Source of the DNA: a virus
Lineage: Duplodnaviria; Caudoviricetes
Strand: one strand, 5' to 3'
Length of the DNA: 64,000 nucleotides
IMG/VR virus record: IMGVR_UViG_3300021255_002539
Span: 288,001-352,000 of that record
Below, piece by piece: positions 30,193 to 39,790 of this stretch. Below the pieces are notes generated by a model that worked only from the letters and a program-made list of their open reading frames with translations, did not search any database and was not told where the DNA came from. Made by a program: the position numbers and the translations under genes. Every line of letters begins with the position of its first letter. Within the stretch, counting starts at the first letter, position 1.

Positions 30193-30567
30193 TCATCTGT
30201 ATGCGTTTAGCATTCCCTCAATCAAGTCAGCATCTATGTTGGTGCTTCCATCGTCCGATTTGGTGATGAATATGCCTCCACTCTTGTCCACGAACATCAC
30301 CTTGTGTGTGAGGGAGACATCGAACATAAACTCAATGAACTCGTCCTTGCCCCTGTAGTTGGCGTCAGTGAATCCCACTACCCCAAAGTGGTGTGGATGA
30401 CCATCCTTGAACTTGACATCAAATACCCTCATGACAGTCTGCCGCCAACTCCATTGGGACATTATGTTCATCATGACCTCCCTTGGCATGCCATTGCGGG
30501 CCTCCAAGTCATATACATCAGACTTCAAGGTGATGGTGTTCCAGGATATGTTGTTCAGGTTTACCAT
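30193..30567 (-). CDS. TNID-family paralog 1
   Basis: FDVSLTHKV..SDDGSTNIDADLIE. Confidence 0.75.
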   Translation of the reverse strand: MVNLNNISWNTITLKSDVYDLEARNGMPREVMMNIMSQWSWRQTVMRVFDVKFKDGHPHHFGVVGFTDANYRGKDEFIEFMFDVSLTHKVMFVDKSGGIFITKSDDGSTNIDADLIEGMLNAYR

Positions 30568-30576
30568 AGATATGTT

Positions 30577-30945
30577 TCAGTCACCCACCTTTCCGACTAT
30601 TGCCTCTATGGTTTCTGCCTCAATTGGAGAACCCTCGATGGCCGTCTCCTCCACATACAAGTCGTGTGGTTCGGCAAGTCCGACGATTCTGTGGTAGTGC
30701 GCGATGTCGAACATGTCGCATATGAACTCGTCCCTTTGGCTGGACAGACAATAGTCCCTCGAAATCAGATCAACCTTTCCCAGATAGCCTCTTACGACCT
30801 TGTATATCCGAATCCAAGGGGTTTTTCCATATCCGAATGTCCACTGCAAATCCACATTCGTAATTGGATGCCGTTTAGCCCGGTCGAGGATGATTAAATC
30901 AAAGCGGTCTGCTGGATATGGTCGGTTGTCGGGCTTGAACATCAT
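30577..30945 (-). CDS. TNID-family paralog 2 (divergent)
   Basis: DMFDIAHYHRIVG..IEAETIEAIV. Confidence 0.7.
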   Translation of the reverse strand: MMFKPDNRPYPADRFDLIILDRAKRHPITNVDLQWTFGYGKTPWIRIYKVVRGYLGKVDLISRDYCLSSQRDEFICDMFDIAHYHRIVGLAEPHDLYVEETAIEGSPIEAETIEAIVGKVGD

Positions 30946-31331
30946 TTGCCAATCCCCTTCACGATTGCGTCAATCATATCAGCATCTATGTTGGTGGTGC
31001 CGTCCTTGGACTCCACGAGCGCGATGCACACCCCATAGGTCATGGTCAATACCCCTACCATCATGTGCGTAAGGGAGAGCTCCGACAGGTCTGAAACGAG
31101 GGAATCCTTTGCGTTTGGAAGCACATATAGGATGTCCCGCGCACACCACTTTCCATCCATTTGCTCTAGTTCATAGATGCGCACGAAGCCACTGCATCTT
31201 TTCTTCTTCGCACTTTGTATGCAGTCAATTGCTTTCTCGATGTCAAGGGGGACATTTGGGTTCTCCACCCATTCCCAATAGCCATTGAGTTTGTCCACCA
31301 CATACCACTTCACATTGTCGTCAAATACCAT
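30942..31331 (-). CDS. TNID-family paralog 3
   Basis: DLSELSLTHMMVG..SKDGTTNIDADMIDAIV. Confidence 0.75.
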   Translation of the reverse strand: MVFDDNVKWYVVDKLNGYWEWVENPNVPLDIEKAIDCIQSAKKKRCSGFVRIYELEQMDGKWCARDILYVLPNAKDSLVSDLSELSLTHMMVGVLTMTYGVCIALVESKDGTTNIDADMIDAIVKGIGK

Positions 31332-31728
31332 TGCCACTACCTCCTCCAATCTTCCTCACGATTGCGTCTATGACGTCTGCATCTATGTTGGTCTGGTGGT
31401 TTGGGGTCTCGGCCACTCCAATGCAGTTGTCTTGATGATTCAAGATGGGTCCAATGTAGATTATGCCATGCGAAAGGGATATCTCCGAGAGGTCAGATAT
31501 GATGCCATCTTTGTCATTGGGATTGTGGAACAGATTCTGAGCAAATGCGGGCCCACACTCGTCGCATATGATGTTTTTGATGTTGATGTCGAAGTTGTTG
31601 TCGAAATTCCATCTGTCTATCGCCTGCACAATCTCGTCCTTTGTCAGGAACCTCTTTCCCCTCCAGAAGTTGCTGCTGCATCCAGTGAGGGCAAATGTCA
31701 TGGTTCTTCTCTCGTCGTCGAACACCAT
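31321..31728 (-). CDS. TNID-family paralog 4
   Basis: DLSEISLSHGII..QTNIDADVIDAIV. Confidence 0.75.
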   Translation of the reverse strand: MVFDDERRTMTFALTGCSSNFWRGKRFLTKDEIVQAIDRWNFDNNFDINIKNIICDECGPAFAQNLFHNPNDKDGIISDLSEISLSHGIIYIGPILNHQDNCIGVAETPNHQTNIDADVIDAIVRKIGGGSGNGI

Positions 31729-31729
31729 G

Positions 31730-32194
31730 TCAACGCCACCTCGGCTTTCTGTCCTCGATTGCCTCCTTCACCACATCGACCAGGGTGGTCAGAACCTCGT
31801 CGTCTATGTTGGTACTGAAGTCCTTTGTCTTCTGGAGGTATATGCCAGTGAGGGTGTCCATGGAGGCATACCGTATTGTATAGCCCTCTATGGACGCCTG
31901 GAAGAGATATCCAACCAATTCGTCCAAGTCCTTGAGTTTTTCCATGTCAAAGGCTACTTTCTCGCATTCAACATCGTCGAATCTGCTCCAATCTGATTCT
32001 GAATTATCCCACAGAATCTTGCTGACCTTGATGTGGAACGAAGTGAAGTCCCACTTTTCCTGGAGGATGTGCAAAACCTTGTCCTTGGTGAACCACGGCA
32101 TCGTCTCGTGGTTATATGAGTGAAGCCGTCCATGGAGAAGCTCTGACTTCTCGCCTGCCCAAAGGTTGGATTTCCCGTATTTGTGCATCGTCAT
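31730..32194 (-). CDS. TNID-family paralog 5
   Basis: TKDFSTNIDDEVL. Confidence 0.7.
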   Translation of the reverse strand: MTMHKYGKSNLWAGEKSELLHGRLHSYNHETMPWFTKDKVLHILQEKWDFTSFHIKVSKILWDNSESDWSRFDDVECEKVAFDMEKLKDLDELVGYLFQASIEGYTIRYASMDTLTGIYLQKTKDFSTNIDDEVLTTLVDVVKEAIEDRKPRWR

Positions 32195-32586
32195 TCCATC
32201 CTCGCTGTGGGGATTGGCTTGAACCACTTGAGCATTCTGTTCAGAACCTTGTCGTCTATGTTCAACTCATTGGTGTCCATGGTGCTTCTGATCCAGATGA
32301 TGCCATTCCCAATCTTGACTATGCAGTGGAGGTCGGCCAGCATCCCCATCTCCGCAACGAAGTCGTCAGAGTCCACATCGAAGAAGAACCGCCGGGCCAT
32401 TGCCTTTGTCCTTAGACATTCGTCCTCCTTGCCACACAATGTAGCCACCACGACAGACGAGGACTGCATGTCGAAGTCCCGAATGGCTTTCTTCACCTGA
32501 GACAGGGACATTGCTTTTTTCAGGTAGATTTCCTTGTAGTATTTGGAATACAGCAAGTCAAAGTGCTTGATGCCTTTGTAGTTCAT
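32191..32586 (-). CDS. TNID-family paralog 6 (divergent)
   Basis: ELNIDDKVL. Confidence 0.65.
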   Translation of the reverse strand: MNYKGIKHFDLLYSKYYKEIYLKKAMSLSQVKKAIRDFDMQSSSVVVATLCGKEDECLRTKAMARRFFFDVDSDDFVAEMGMLADLHCIVKIGNGIIWIRSTMDTNELNIDDKVLNRMLKWFKPIPTARME

Positions 32587-32996
32587 ATGTTATCCTGCGC
32601 CTCCACCATCCTCTTGAATGCCTCCATCACTTCACCATCTATGTTGGTCTGGCCATCATTGGATTCCTCGAAGTACACGCGAATCGCCCAGGACGAATCT
32701 GTCCAGCCAATCCCCACTATTCTATGGGAAAGCGAGATGTCGAACAAGTCAACCAACAGTTGTTCGCCACCACCAAACTCCAATCCATACAGACGGCCCC
32801 TCTTTTTGTTCCATCGCCCTTCCTTGAATACCTCGTACACCAGCATTCCTCGCCACTTGCCAGTCTTTGTGGAGTCATCCAGTTTCTGGACAATATCCTG
32901 GGATGTCAAATTGCACTGCTTCTTCAATGTGCTTTTGTCAAGGGAGGATTGGGCACATGTGACACAATTTGACTTGTCGAACATTTTTCCTGCCAT
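32583..32996 (-). CDS. TNID-family paralog 7
   Basis: DLFDISLSHRIVG..SNDGQTNIDGEVME. Confidence 0.75.
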   Translation of the reverse strand: MAGKMFDKSNCVTCAQSSLDKSTLKKQCNLTSQDIVQKLDDSTKTGKWRGMLVYEVFKEGRWNKKRGRLYGLEFGGGEQLLVDLFDISLSHRIVGIGWTDSSWAIRVYFEESNDGQTNIDGEVMEAFKRMVEAQDNI

Positions 32997-32997
32997 G

Positions 32998-33504
32998 TCA
33001 AGTACCCTCCTCGTATTTGGCGTACTTCGCTTCGTCGCCAGGCTTCTCGTTGTCCTCCCAAGTACCCCATTTCAGAATACAACCAGCCAGGCCGACATCC
33101 CCCCACTGAGGATACGACCAATAGGCATAGGCGTTCTGAATCGACTCTGCACACAAGTCGAAGTGAAACCTTGCCTCCTTGCCCTCTGTACCATCCTTGT
33201 CAATGTCCTTGGCATAGTCAGCCATCAGCTTGACGTTCCTGACCGCATTCTCCCTCGCAGTGAGGGGCTTGAACCCAGCGTCGAAGATGTTGAAGTTGAA
33301 GTTGAGGAAAGTGGTGTCTGCTGCGAAATACTCGTTGACCCAACAAAGGTATTGATATGCCTCAGGGTTGTTGAGCGGCAGACGAATGTCGTACAAGTCC
33401 TTGTCCTTCATGTACTCAATGAACTTAATCCCAAAGCCAAGATTCCTTATGTCGTTGTACTCTGGGTCGTCCTTTTCCCGCGCCTTGATTTCAGGAATTT
33501 CCAT
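32998..33504 (-). CDS. Hypothetical early protein
   Basis: First gene after the class I promoter at 33538-33567; AAGGAG SD. Confidence 0.7.
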   Translation of the reverse strand: MEIPEIKAREKDDPEYNDIRNLGFGIKFIEYMKDKDLYDIRLPLNNPEAYQYLCWVNEYFAADTTFLNFNFNIFDAGFKPLTARENAVRNVKLMADYAKDIDKDGTEGKEARFHFDLCAESIQNAYAYWSYPQWGDVGLAGCILKWGTWEDNEKPGDEAKYAKYEEGT

Positions 33505-33537
33505 TGTTTGCCTCTCCTTGATTTCCCTACGCCACAT

Positions 33538-33573
33538 ATTATATCATATTTGATGCTGTGCTGTCAATACCCC
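33538..33573 (-). promoter_or_regulatory. Class I promoter
   Basis: GGGGTA-TTGACA-N18-TATAAT with extended -10. Confidence 0.8.
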
Positions 33574-33955
33574 CTATGGGGGACATTATGTTCAACAGAA
33601 GCTCCATTACGTCTGTGGTTATGTTTGTCTTTCCATTCTTGGATCTCGCCAGATAGATTATGGCGTTGTCTGGATTGAACTCAACTATGTTGTGCGTGAG
33701 GGAGTACTTGAACAAGTCGGACATGAACCTGTCTTTGTCCAATGGAACATTGTACGCATATGATCGCAGGATCAGAATCTCGTCTGGCGGTATACCAAAG
33801 TCCATCTCAAACACATCTATTATCACAATCCCCGAACAAAACCGACCAAGCTTGGACTTCAGTTCTGATTTCCCAATTACGTGCTTGTAGTACTCCTTCT
33901 CAATCAAATTGGGCATCTTCCAGTGTCCGTTGAGTACCATCCCATCGCCTATCAT
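33539..33955 (-). CDS. TNID-family paralog 8
   Basis: DLFKYSLTHNIV..SKNGKTNITTDVME. Confidence 0.75.
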   Translation of the reverse strand: MIGDGMVLNGHWKMPNLIEKEYYKHVIGKSELKSKLGRFCSGIVIIDVFEMDFGIPPDEILILRSYAYNVPLDKDRFMSDLFKYSLTHNIVEFNPDNAIIYLARSKNGKTNITTDVMELLLNIMSPIGGIDSTASNMI

Positions 33956-34317
33956 CGGACGACCTCCTTCCCATCCACCTTGGAATTGTCGATGGTTCCG
34001 CCATTGTTCAAGACAATTGCCTCCACCAATTCTGCGTCAATGTCGTATCCCTTCTTGCCAGCGCACTCGTCCTTGCACACCTGAAGTACTGAACACCATG
34101 AAGTCGTAAAGCCGCCTTCACCCCTTTTTGGTAGTGAGATGCATCCATACGACATCGCCTTGTGAGTCTTGGATATGTCGAACAACCTGCACATGAGGTC
34201 GTCCTGGCCGTCGGGCATGTTGAACTTCTCAAACCGCCCAGCCTCGTCTGTGTACACGATGCCAACCGAATCTGACACCCATGTGTGCCTCCATATTTCC
34301 TTGGCTAGTCTGTTCAT
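33952..34317 (-). CDS. TNID-family paralog 9
   Basis: LFDISKTH..YDIDAELVEAIV. Confidence 0.7.
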   Translation of the reverse strand: MNRLAKEIWRHTWVSDSVGIVYTDEAGRFEKFNMPDGQDDLMCRLFDISKTHKAMSYGCISLPKRGEGGFTTSWCSVLQVCKDECAGKKGYDIDAELVEAIVLNNGGTIDNSKVDGKEVVR

Positions 34318-34718
34318 GCATTCACCTTCCTTGCGTATCTTCTGTTCATCGTGTCAATCAGCTCTGGGGTGATGTTGGTCTCCCCATTCTTGGATTCAAC
34401 CACAGTAATCACATCAGACAAGAAGCTCATCTGGGAATTGTAGTCATACAGGGTTTTGCCACATTGGTAGTCTATGACATTGAATCCCAAGGACAGGTCG
34501 AACATGTGGCAGGCGAGGTCTTCAGTCCTCTCTGGAACCGGAAAAGACCATACAGTCCCAATCTTCGTCCGAGACAGCCCGCGCACCACCACCTTCTCTA
34601 TGAACAGAACCGTGTTGTGGCGTATGAAGTCCTCCAGACTCTTGTGGTCGAGCGGGAACATCCTCTCAACCATTGAATTCTGATAGTCCTGCTGCTCAAA
34701 CGATTCGCCTGCCATCAT
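34314..34718 (-). CDS. TNID-family paralog 10
   Basis: MFDLSLGF..SKNGETNITPELID. Confidence 0.75.
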   Translation of the reverse strand: MMAGESFEQQDYQNSMVERMFPLDHKSLEDFIRHNTVLFIEKVVVRGLSRTKIGTVWSFPVPERTEDLACHMFDLSLGFNVIDYQCGKTLYDYNSQMSFLSDVITVVESKNGETNITPELIDTMNRRYARKVNA

Positions 34719-34727
34719 GGTCAAATC

Positions 34728-35168
34728 TCAACTCCCCCTTCTTTTGTTGAATTGCTTGGCAACCTTCTTCTGTATTTCCATCATGGCCTCCATCACTTCG
34801 TCGTCTATGTTGGTGCTTCCATCCTTGGACTCCTCCACAACTATCTCCAGGTATTCTGCATCCAGTGCAACCAACTTGTATGTGAGGGACAAGTCGAACA
34901 AGTCTGCGCATAGATCATCAAAGTCCTTGGGCAAATAGTATTTCCCAATCATGCGAGCCTCCATGTATTCGAATGGTTTGGCCGTGTAGATGTAGTCTTC
35001 GGTATTTCGGACTTCGTAGATGTTAGTACACAAATGGAACTCAGTCACCAATTTCTTGTTCTTCGTGTCGTTGTATGACTTCCTCCAAGTGAGTCTTCGC
35101 CCCTCATGCACCAATTCTTCCAACGACTTGGACACCATCGACCAATCCCGAGTTTTGTCTATTGCCAT
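34728..35168 (-). CDS. TNID-family paralog 11
   Basis: DLFDLSLTYKLV..SKDGSTNIDDEVME. Confidence 0.75.
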   Translation of the reverse strand: MAIDKTRDWSMVSKSLEELVHEGRRLTWRKSYNDTKNKKLVTEFHLCTNIYEVRNTEDYIYTAKPFEYMEARMIGKYYLPKDFDDLCADLFDLSLTYKLVALDAEYLEIVVEESKDGSTNIDDEVMEAMMEIQKKVAKQFNKRRGS

Positions 35169-35171
35169 TTC

Positions 35172-36137
35172 TCACCTCCCAACATGGTTCAGTTTGTCGA
35201 GTTTGCTCCATTGGAAGGGCAAGTTGAAGAACTCAAGCAGGTCTGGGTACTCCAGCATCCCCTTCACCCTCCTGGGGCAGTGGTCGTAGATGTAGAGGAA
35301 CAGGTCAAGCACATCGAACTGGGTCTCCACCATGTTCATGTCGAACACAGTCTCCTCGAAGGACATCTCCTTTCCGGGTCCGGTCGCTGCCAGGTTCTTG
35401 GGACATCTGCCGTACATGTCTTCCCACAGGGCGTAGTTGAACTCGTTGCAGGGATATTCAACATCAAGCACATTGAACACCCAGTTGAAGATGTCCACCT
35501 CGTTCGCAATCAACAACTGCTTGAGCAATTCGTTCGTGGCGTGGACGAGGGGCTTGGTGTAGTTCAGGCTATTGGCGAGTGCCTTGAGAACTATGAACTG
35601 CGCCTTTGTGGAGAACCTGAGGAAGTTGTTCGCCATCAGCATCGACCGACCCAGGTACGAGTGGTTGAGGATATACCTGATATCGCGTTCGTCTTTCGTC
35701 ATGACCTCCACCAACTTGAAGAAGTCAACATCCCCAGATGCGACATTTGCGTCGTCCAGAAGCCCACCCTTGTATCCAGAACTGCGGAACTTGTAGAACT
35801 CCGGGTCTGACCTAATCACCTGCTTGAGGAAGTTCCTGATGTCGGGTCGGTAGTCCTCCTGAATCAACAGCCCCATGAGCATGTTCGTGGCGAAGCACTT
35901 GTCCACCGGCTGCAAGTTCACGATGTGCTTCACCAGGAAGTCGTTGATTCGGTATGGGTGCGCAGCGAGGTCGTAGAGGTCGTACACATAGGCACTGTGC
36001 TGGTATATCTCCCCAATCTGCTTCTCATGACCCTCCAGGAAGGACACGACAACCTCAAGGTCTGTTCCATCCAGAACCATCTCGTCCAGAACCTTGGACA
36101 AGGACACCTCGGTGGATATTGACTGGTCGTAGTTCAT
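35172..36137 (-). CDS. Hypothetical early protein (about 321 aa, helical)
   Basis: First gene after a class I promoter; GAGGT SD. Confidence 0.75.
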   Translation of the reverse strand: MNYDQSISTEVSLSKVLDEMVLDGTDLEVVVSFLEGHEKQIGEIYQHSAYVYDLYDLAAHPYRINDFLVKHIVNLQPVDKCFATNMLMGLLIQEDYRPDIRNFLKQVIRSDPEFYKFRSSGYKGGLLDDANVASGDVDFFKLVEVMTKDERDIRYILNHSYLGRSMLMANNFLRFSTKAQFIVLKALANSLNYTKPLVHATNELLKQLLIANEVDIFNWVFNVLDVEYPCNEFNYALWEDMYGRCPKNLAATGPGKEMSFEETVFDMNMVETQFDVLDLFLYIYDHCPRRVKGMLEYPDLLEFFNLPFQWSKLDKLNHVGR

Positions 36138-36163
36138 TGTGGCATTACCTCTCAACGCCACAT

Positions 36164-36199
36164 ATTATATCATATTCGAGCTGGAATTGTCAATACCCC
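36164..36199 (-). promoter_or_regulatory. Class I promoter
   Basis: GGGGTA-TTGACA-N18-TATAAT. Confidence 0.8.
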
Positions 36200-36207
36200 T
36201 AAATATA

Positions 36208-37428
36208 TCATTCTCGTGGTGGTTTTTTACACGTAAATCCTAATATACTTTGATTCAAATCATTTTTCGTATCATTTATTCCCTTTTCCAGACCTTTGCT
36301 TGCATCTGAACCAAAGTTGTTCAAACCATTGACAAATGAGTCTCGTATATTATCTTTATCTTCCTGTGTGGCGTCTTCAGGCAAAGGCTTTGGTAATTCT
36401 GTGGATATGTTACCATGTTCCTGGCTATATTCTTCTATATCATTAATGATTTTGTTTATGCTATCTTCAGTAATGTCGCCACTAGCCAATAGATCAGCAA
36501 TATCTTTTGCAATTTCCTCAAGACCCTATAACGCTTCGTTCATTTTCTATAAGGTTTCCGATAAACCATTTATGTAGTCGATTATTGGATCATCGGGCTC
36601 AAAATATGGACACCAATCGTCAAATGAATTGAATGCCTCAAAACTAGATTCCGCACAATCCAATGTTCCATTTACAGCACCCTTCTCCAAACCAGCAACC
36701 AATCCAGTCAAAAGAGTGGTCAAACATGCGCCAATTTTAGTTGGGTCTTTGTCATATGCTATTTCGTCTGCATATTCCTTGCCAAATGAAATGAATATTT
36801 GATTTACGGTCTTTAATGTATCAACTATTTTCCCCTATTCAATAATCCACTAAAGCATTTTTAGTTTGCATTCACACTCATATGGGGTGTCTGTCGTCAC
36901 ACGATATACCAAGACACCAGTTTCTATAGTCAAGTCAACTGGAAGTATCACTGTTTGTGTGCAAATTCCAGTAACTTCCCCCAAAATGTTGGATATATCC
37001 TTCAACGCATCGTATGGGTGTAGTGTTGCGGTGTCTTTTGCGAAATCCCATATATTGCCCAATGCTCGTCCAAGCCCATTAGCCACATCGCAAAAATAAT
37101 TACCCAAACCCCTTGAACTCAAGTTTCTTGAACTCAGGTTTCTTGTATTTGATTCGTCTGGATATCGTTCATTCACCAAGTCAATCAATTCTTGGGTATC
37201 GTGTTCAACTGGTTCACACCCATCCCATATATGTGGGTTTTGGTCGTATTTTTGTTGGCACATATCCAATACAGAACCGCCTATGTCATAGATATCCTTG
37301 ATTAGATTATGGGTTGTTGGCTGCCAATTTTGTTGCGCATCATTTAACTGTTGCCTAACCAATTTAAGTTGGTATTCGGGCGACAATACCGATAATTTGG
37401 TAGACTTGAATCGTTTTATGTATACCAT
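36208..37428 (-). CDS. AT-rich 406-aa late protein (TAG read-through, 4 internal TAG)
   Basis: ORFs 36850-37494 and 36208-36489 are in frame, joined through 4 TAGs with no TAA/TGA; GTAAATA at 37460-37466. Confidence 0.75.
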
Positions 37429-37502
37429 GACATTAATGTGTTGATGATTTAGATATATATATTTACAAAAAATTTTGATTATCGTATAATTCAATAGATA
37501 TC

Positions 37503-38069
37503 ATGGACATAGAACTAAAGCTGATAGAAGACGAACAGGGAAGGGATCTCGCCAAGAACATTGTCGAGAAACACCATTCCTATGTTCCGACATATAAATC
37601 TGTCGGTCGCAGGGTGGATTGGCTCGTCTACATAGATGGCGAACTGTGTGGCATGATTGGCATTGGCAGTTCCACATATCCGCCCTGCAAGGACATTCTT
37701 CGGCACTTGGGCATGACCAAGGACGACTACAAGGAGCAGTTTAACTCGTTCGCCAACAACTGGAGGTTCTGCATGATGAAGTCGGTGAAGAATGCTGGAA
37801 CCCAAATACTCAAGCAATTGAGAAACAAGGCGAAGGTGGAGTGGAAGCGGAAGTATGGCGACGACTTGAAGTACCTCATCACATTTGTCGGGGCTGGGCA
37901 CAATGGGGCAGTATACCGAGCCGACAATTGGAGCTGCATTGGCAAGACCAGCGGACTTCCCTCACACAAGTCGGTCTCCATGAAATGGGACAACGGAGAG
38001 CAAATCAAGGAGAAGTTCGTCAAGCCCACTGGCGAGAACGCAAAGCTGATATTCTTGAAGAAACTCTAA
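37503..38069 (+). CDS. DUF4338/DruA-like (Mom-related GNAT-fold) protein
   Basis: HHSY..GRR..WLV..G.IGIGS, NNWRF, W..KYG..L.TFV..G.VYRADNW..IG.T.G. Confidence 0.8.
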   Translation: MDIELKLIEDEQGRDLAKNIVEKHHSYVPTYKSVGRRVDWLVYIDGELCGMIGIGSSTYPPCKDILRHLGMTKDDYKEQFNSFANNWRFCMMKSVKNAGTQILKQLRNKAKVEWKRKYGDDLKYLITFVGAGHNGAVYRADNWSCIGKTSGLPSHKSVSMKWDNGEQIKEKFVKPTGENAKLIFLKKL

Positions 38070-38085
38070 AGGAGAGAAACAGACG

Positions 38086-39123
38086 ATGATAGACTTTGAG
38101 GAAGACATATTGGAGAACACTGGAACGGGGGATTTCGCCCCAACAAGGGAAGCTGGTCTCTGGGTGACGAAGTACAGACCACGCACATTGGAGCATTTCT
38201 GCCTTGACGAAAAGCTCAAGACGATGTTCCAGAGGCAAATTGACGAGAACGATGTACAGAATGTATGTTTGGTTGGTGGTCCAGGGATTGGAAAGACGAC
38301 ATTGGCCCTGATTCTGGCCAATTCAAGCAAGGATTCTGACATATTGTTCGTTTCCTGCGCATCTGGCGAGGGCAAGGTGGAGTCGATTCAGTCGAAGATT
38401 ATTCCATTCTGCCAAAGCGCATCCAAGGGCAGGAAATTCGTGATACTTGACGAATTGGACTCCGCTTCCTCCACGCAGGCAAACTCATTCCAAAAGGCGT
38501 TGAGGAATGTGGTCGAGGCATATCCAGATTGCAGGTTCATAGCGACCGCAAACTATCAATCCAACATCATTGGGCCGCTTTGCCCATCAAGGCTTCCACC
38601 TGTGTCCTTGAGCTTCTCTGTTTCAGAAATGATTTCCAACCTGCTCTATATTCTAAGCGAGGAGAACATAGAGATTGTGAGCGAAGCCAGCAAGACAAAG
38701 CAGTTTCTCGGGAGCCTCATCAAGTCCTACTACCCAGACATGAGAAGCGTTGTTGGTCAACTTCAAGCGGCTTGCGTCGGTGGGAAGTTGGATGTGGAAA
38801 GCATCGCCATCAACAACAAGGAGGCAATCAAGAACGCAATATCGGAGTTTCTGGCTCTGGTTAAGTCCTCTGGGACTCCACTTGAGATGCGCAAGGCGTA
38901 CAACAACCAGATCCTGGCGTTTGGCAACAATGGCAACTTGTCGAAACTGTGCAGTCCATTGGGGTTGGCAGAGGAGATTCTGAACTACATAATCGAGAAC
39001 CACAACGCCAGCATGGAGGACTTGATGGCATTGGTGGAGTACATCTACAAGATTGAAAGAAGTGTTGACGGTGAAACACAATTCTTCGGCTTCTTGCTCA
39101 AAGTGAAATCAATGGCATTATGA
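38086..39123 (+). CDS. Clamp loader subunit (gp44/RFC-like AAA+)
   Basis: LWV.KYRP, GGPGIGKTT, VILDELD, Q.ALR..E, CRFI.TAN. Confidence 0.92.
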   Translation: MIDFEEDILENTGTGDFAPTREAGLWVTKYRPRTLEHFCLDEKLKTMFQRQIDENDVQNVCLVGGPGIGKTTLALILANSSKDSDILFVSCASGEGKVESIQSKIIPFCQSASKGRKFVILDELDSASSTQANSFQKALRNVVEAYPDCRFIATANYQSNIIGPLCPSRLPPVSLSFSVSEMISNLLYILSEENIEIVSEASKTKQFLGSLIKSYYPDMRSVVGQLQAACVGGKLDVESIAINNKEAIKNAISEFLALVKSSGTPLEMRKAYNNQILAFGNNGNLSKLCSPLGLAEEILNYIIENHNASMEDLMALVEYIYKIERSVDGETQFFGFLLKVKSMAL

Positions 39124-39707
39124 AGTTCAACATCAGATTGGAGCAATGCAAGCGCACAGATCCCCGATACAAGGAGATTCGGGATCGTCACTACATCCCA
39201 AACCACGGGTGCATAGGTCAGCAAATACACTACCTCGTGTTCCTTGAAGACGAAGTTGTGGGCATCATATCGGGCGCGTCTGCCGTGTATGCTGTAAAGG
39301 CAAGGGACGACTACTTTGGGCTGAACAAGGACAACAAACGCCCTGGGCTGAACTCAATCATCAACAATGTGGTGTTCCGCCTTGAGAAGAACATCAAGAA
39401 CCTTGGTTCTCAGATTCTGGCGTTGTGGAGAAGGACGATAGCAAGGGACTGGGAGGCGAAGTATGGGGTCAAGGTACATGGCTTCGAGACCTTCATCATA
39501 GGCAACGAGGTCAGGTTTGGGGCGTTGTACAAGGCGGACAACTGGACATTCGTTGGCATGACAGCGGGAAGCACCAAGACGCACAAGGGCATCAACAACA
39601 AGGGTGGCAGGCAGGACACATGCCAGAAGATGATATTCTGCAAGAAGATCCCAAAGACGAAACTTTGCTCCGAATACACCTCGACTTGGCGTGGAGATTC
39701 TGTATAA
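39120..39707 (+). CDS. Second DUF4338/DruA-like protein
   Basis: RHY..GQQIHYLV..G.ISGAS..RD, NNVVFR, W..KYG...FETF..G.LYKADNW..VG.TAG. Confidence 0.8.
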   Translation: MKFNIRLEQCKRTDPRYKEIRDRHYIPNHGCIGQQIHYLVFLEDEVVGIISGASAVYAVKARDDYFGLNKDNKRPGLNSIINNVVFRLEKNIKNLGSQILALWRRTIARDWEAKYGVKVHGFETFIIGNEVRFGALYKADNWTFVGMTAGSTKTHKGINNKGGRQDTCQKMIFCKKIPKTKLCSEYTSTWRGDSV

Positions 39708-39734
39708 TTGAAGTAACCTAAAAAGTGAATAGCA

Positions 39735-39775
39735 AAGAACCGTGACTGCTGGGTGGCAACCACGGTTTCTTGTTT
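39735..39775. terminator. Bidirectional terminator between convergent genes
   Basis: AAGAACCGTG...CACGGTTTCTT. Confidence 0.7.
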
Positions 39776-39790
39776 GGTCTGGACTGTCAA

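Noticed and set aside
37503-39707. Druantia defence system
   Set aside because: Only DruA-like domains are present, without DruE or other subunits, and they sit in a phage replication operon
39703-39708. GTATAAT as a promoter
   Set aside because: It coincides with the TAA stop codon, lacks a -35 and points into a terminator
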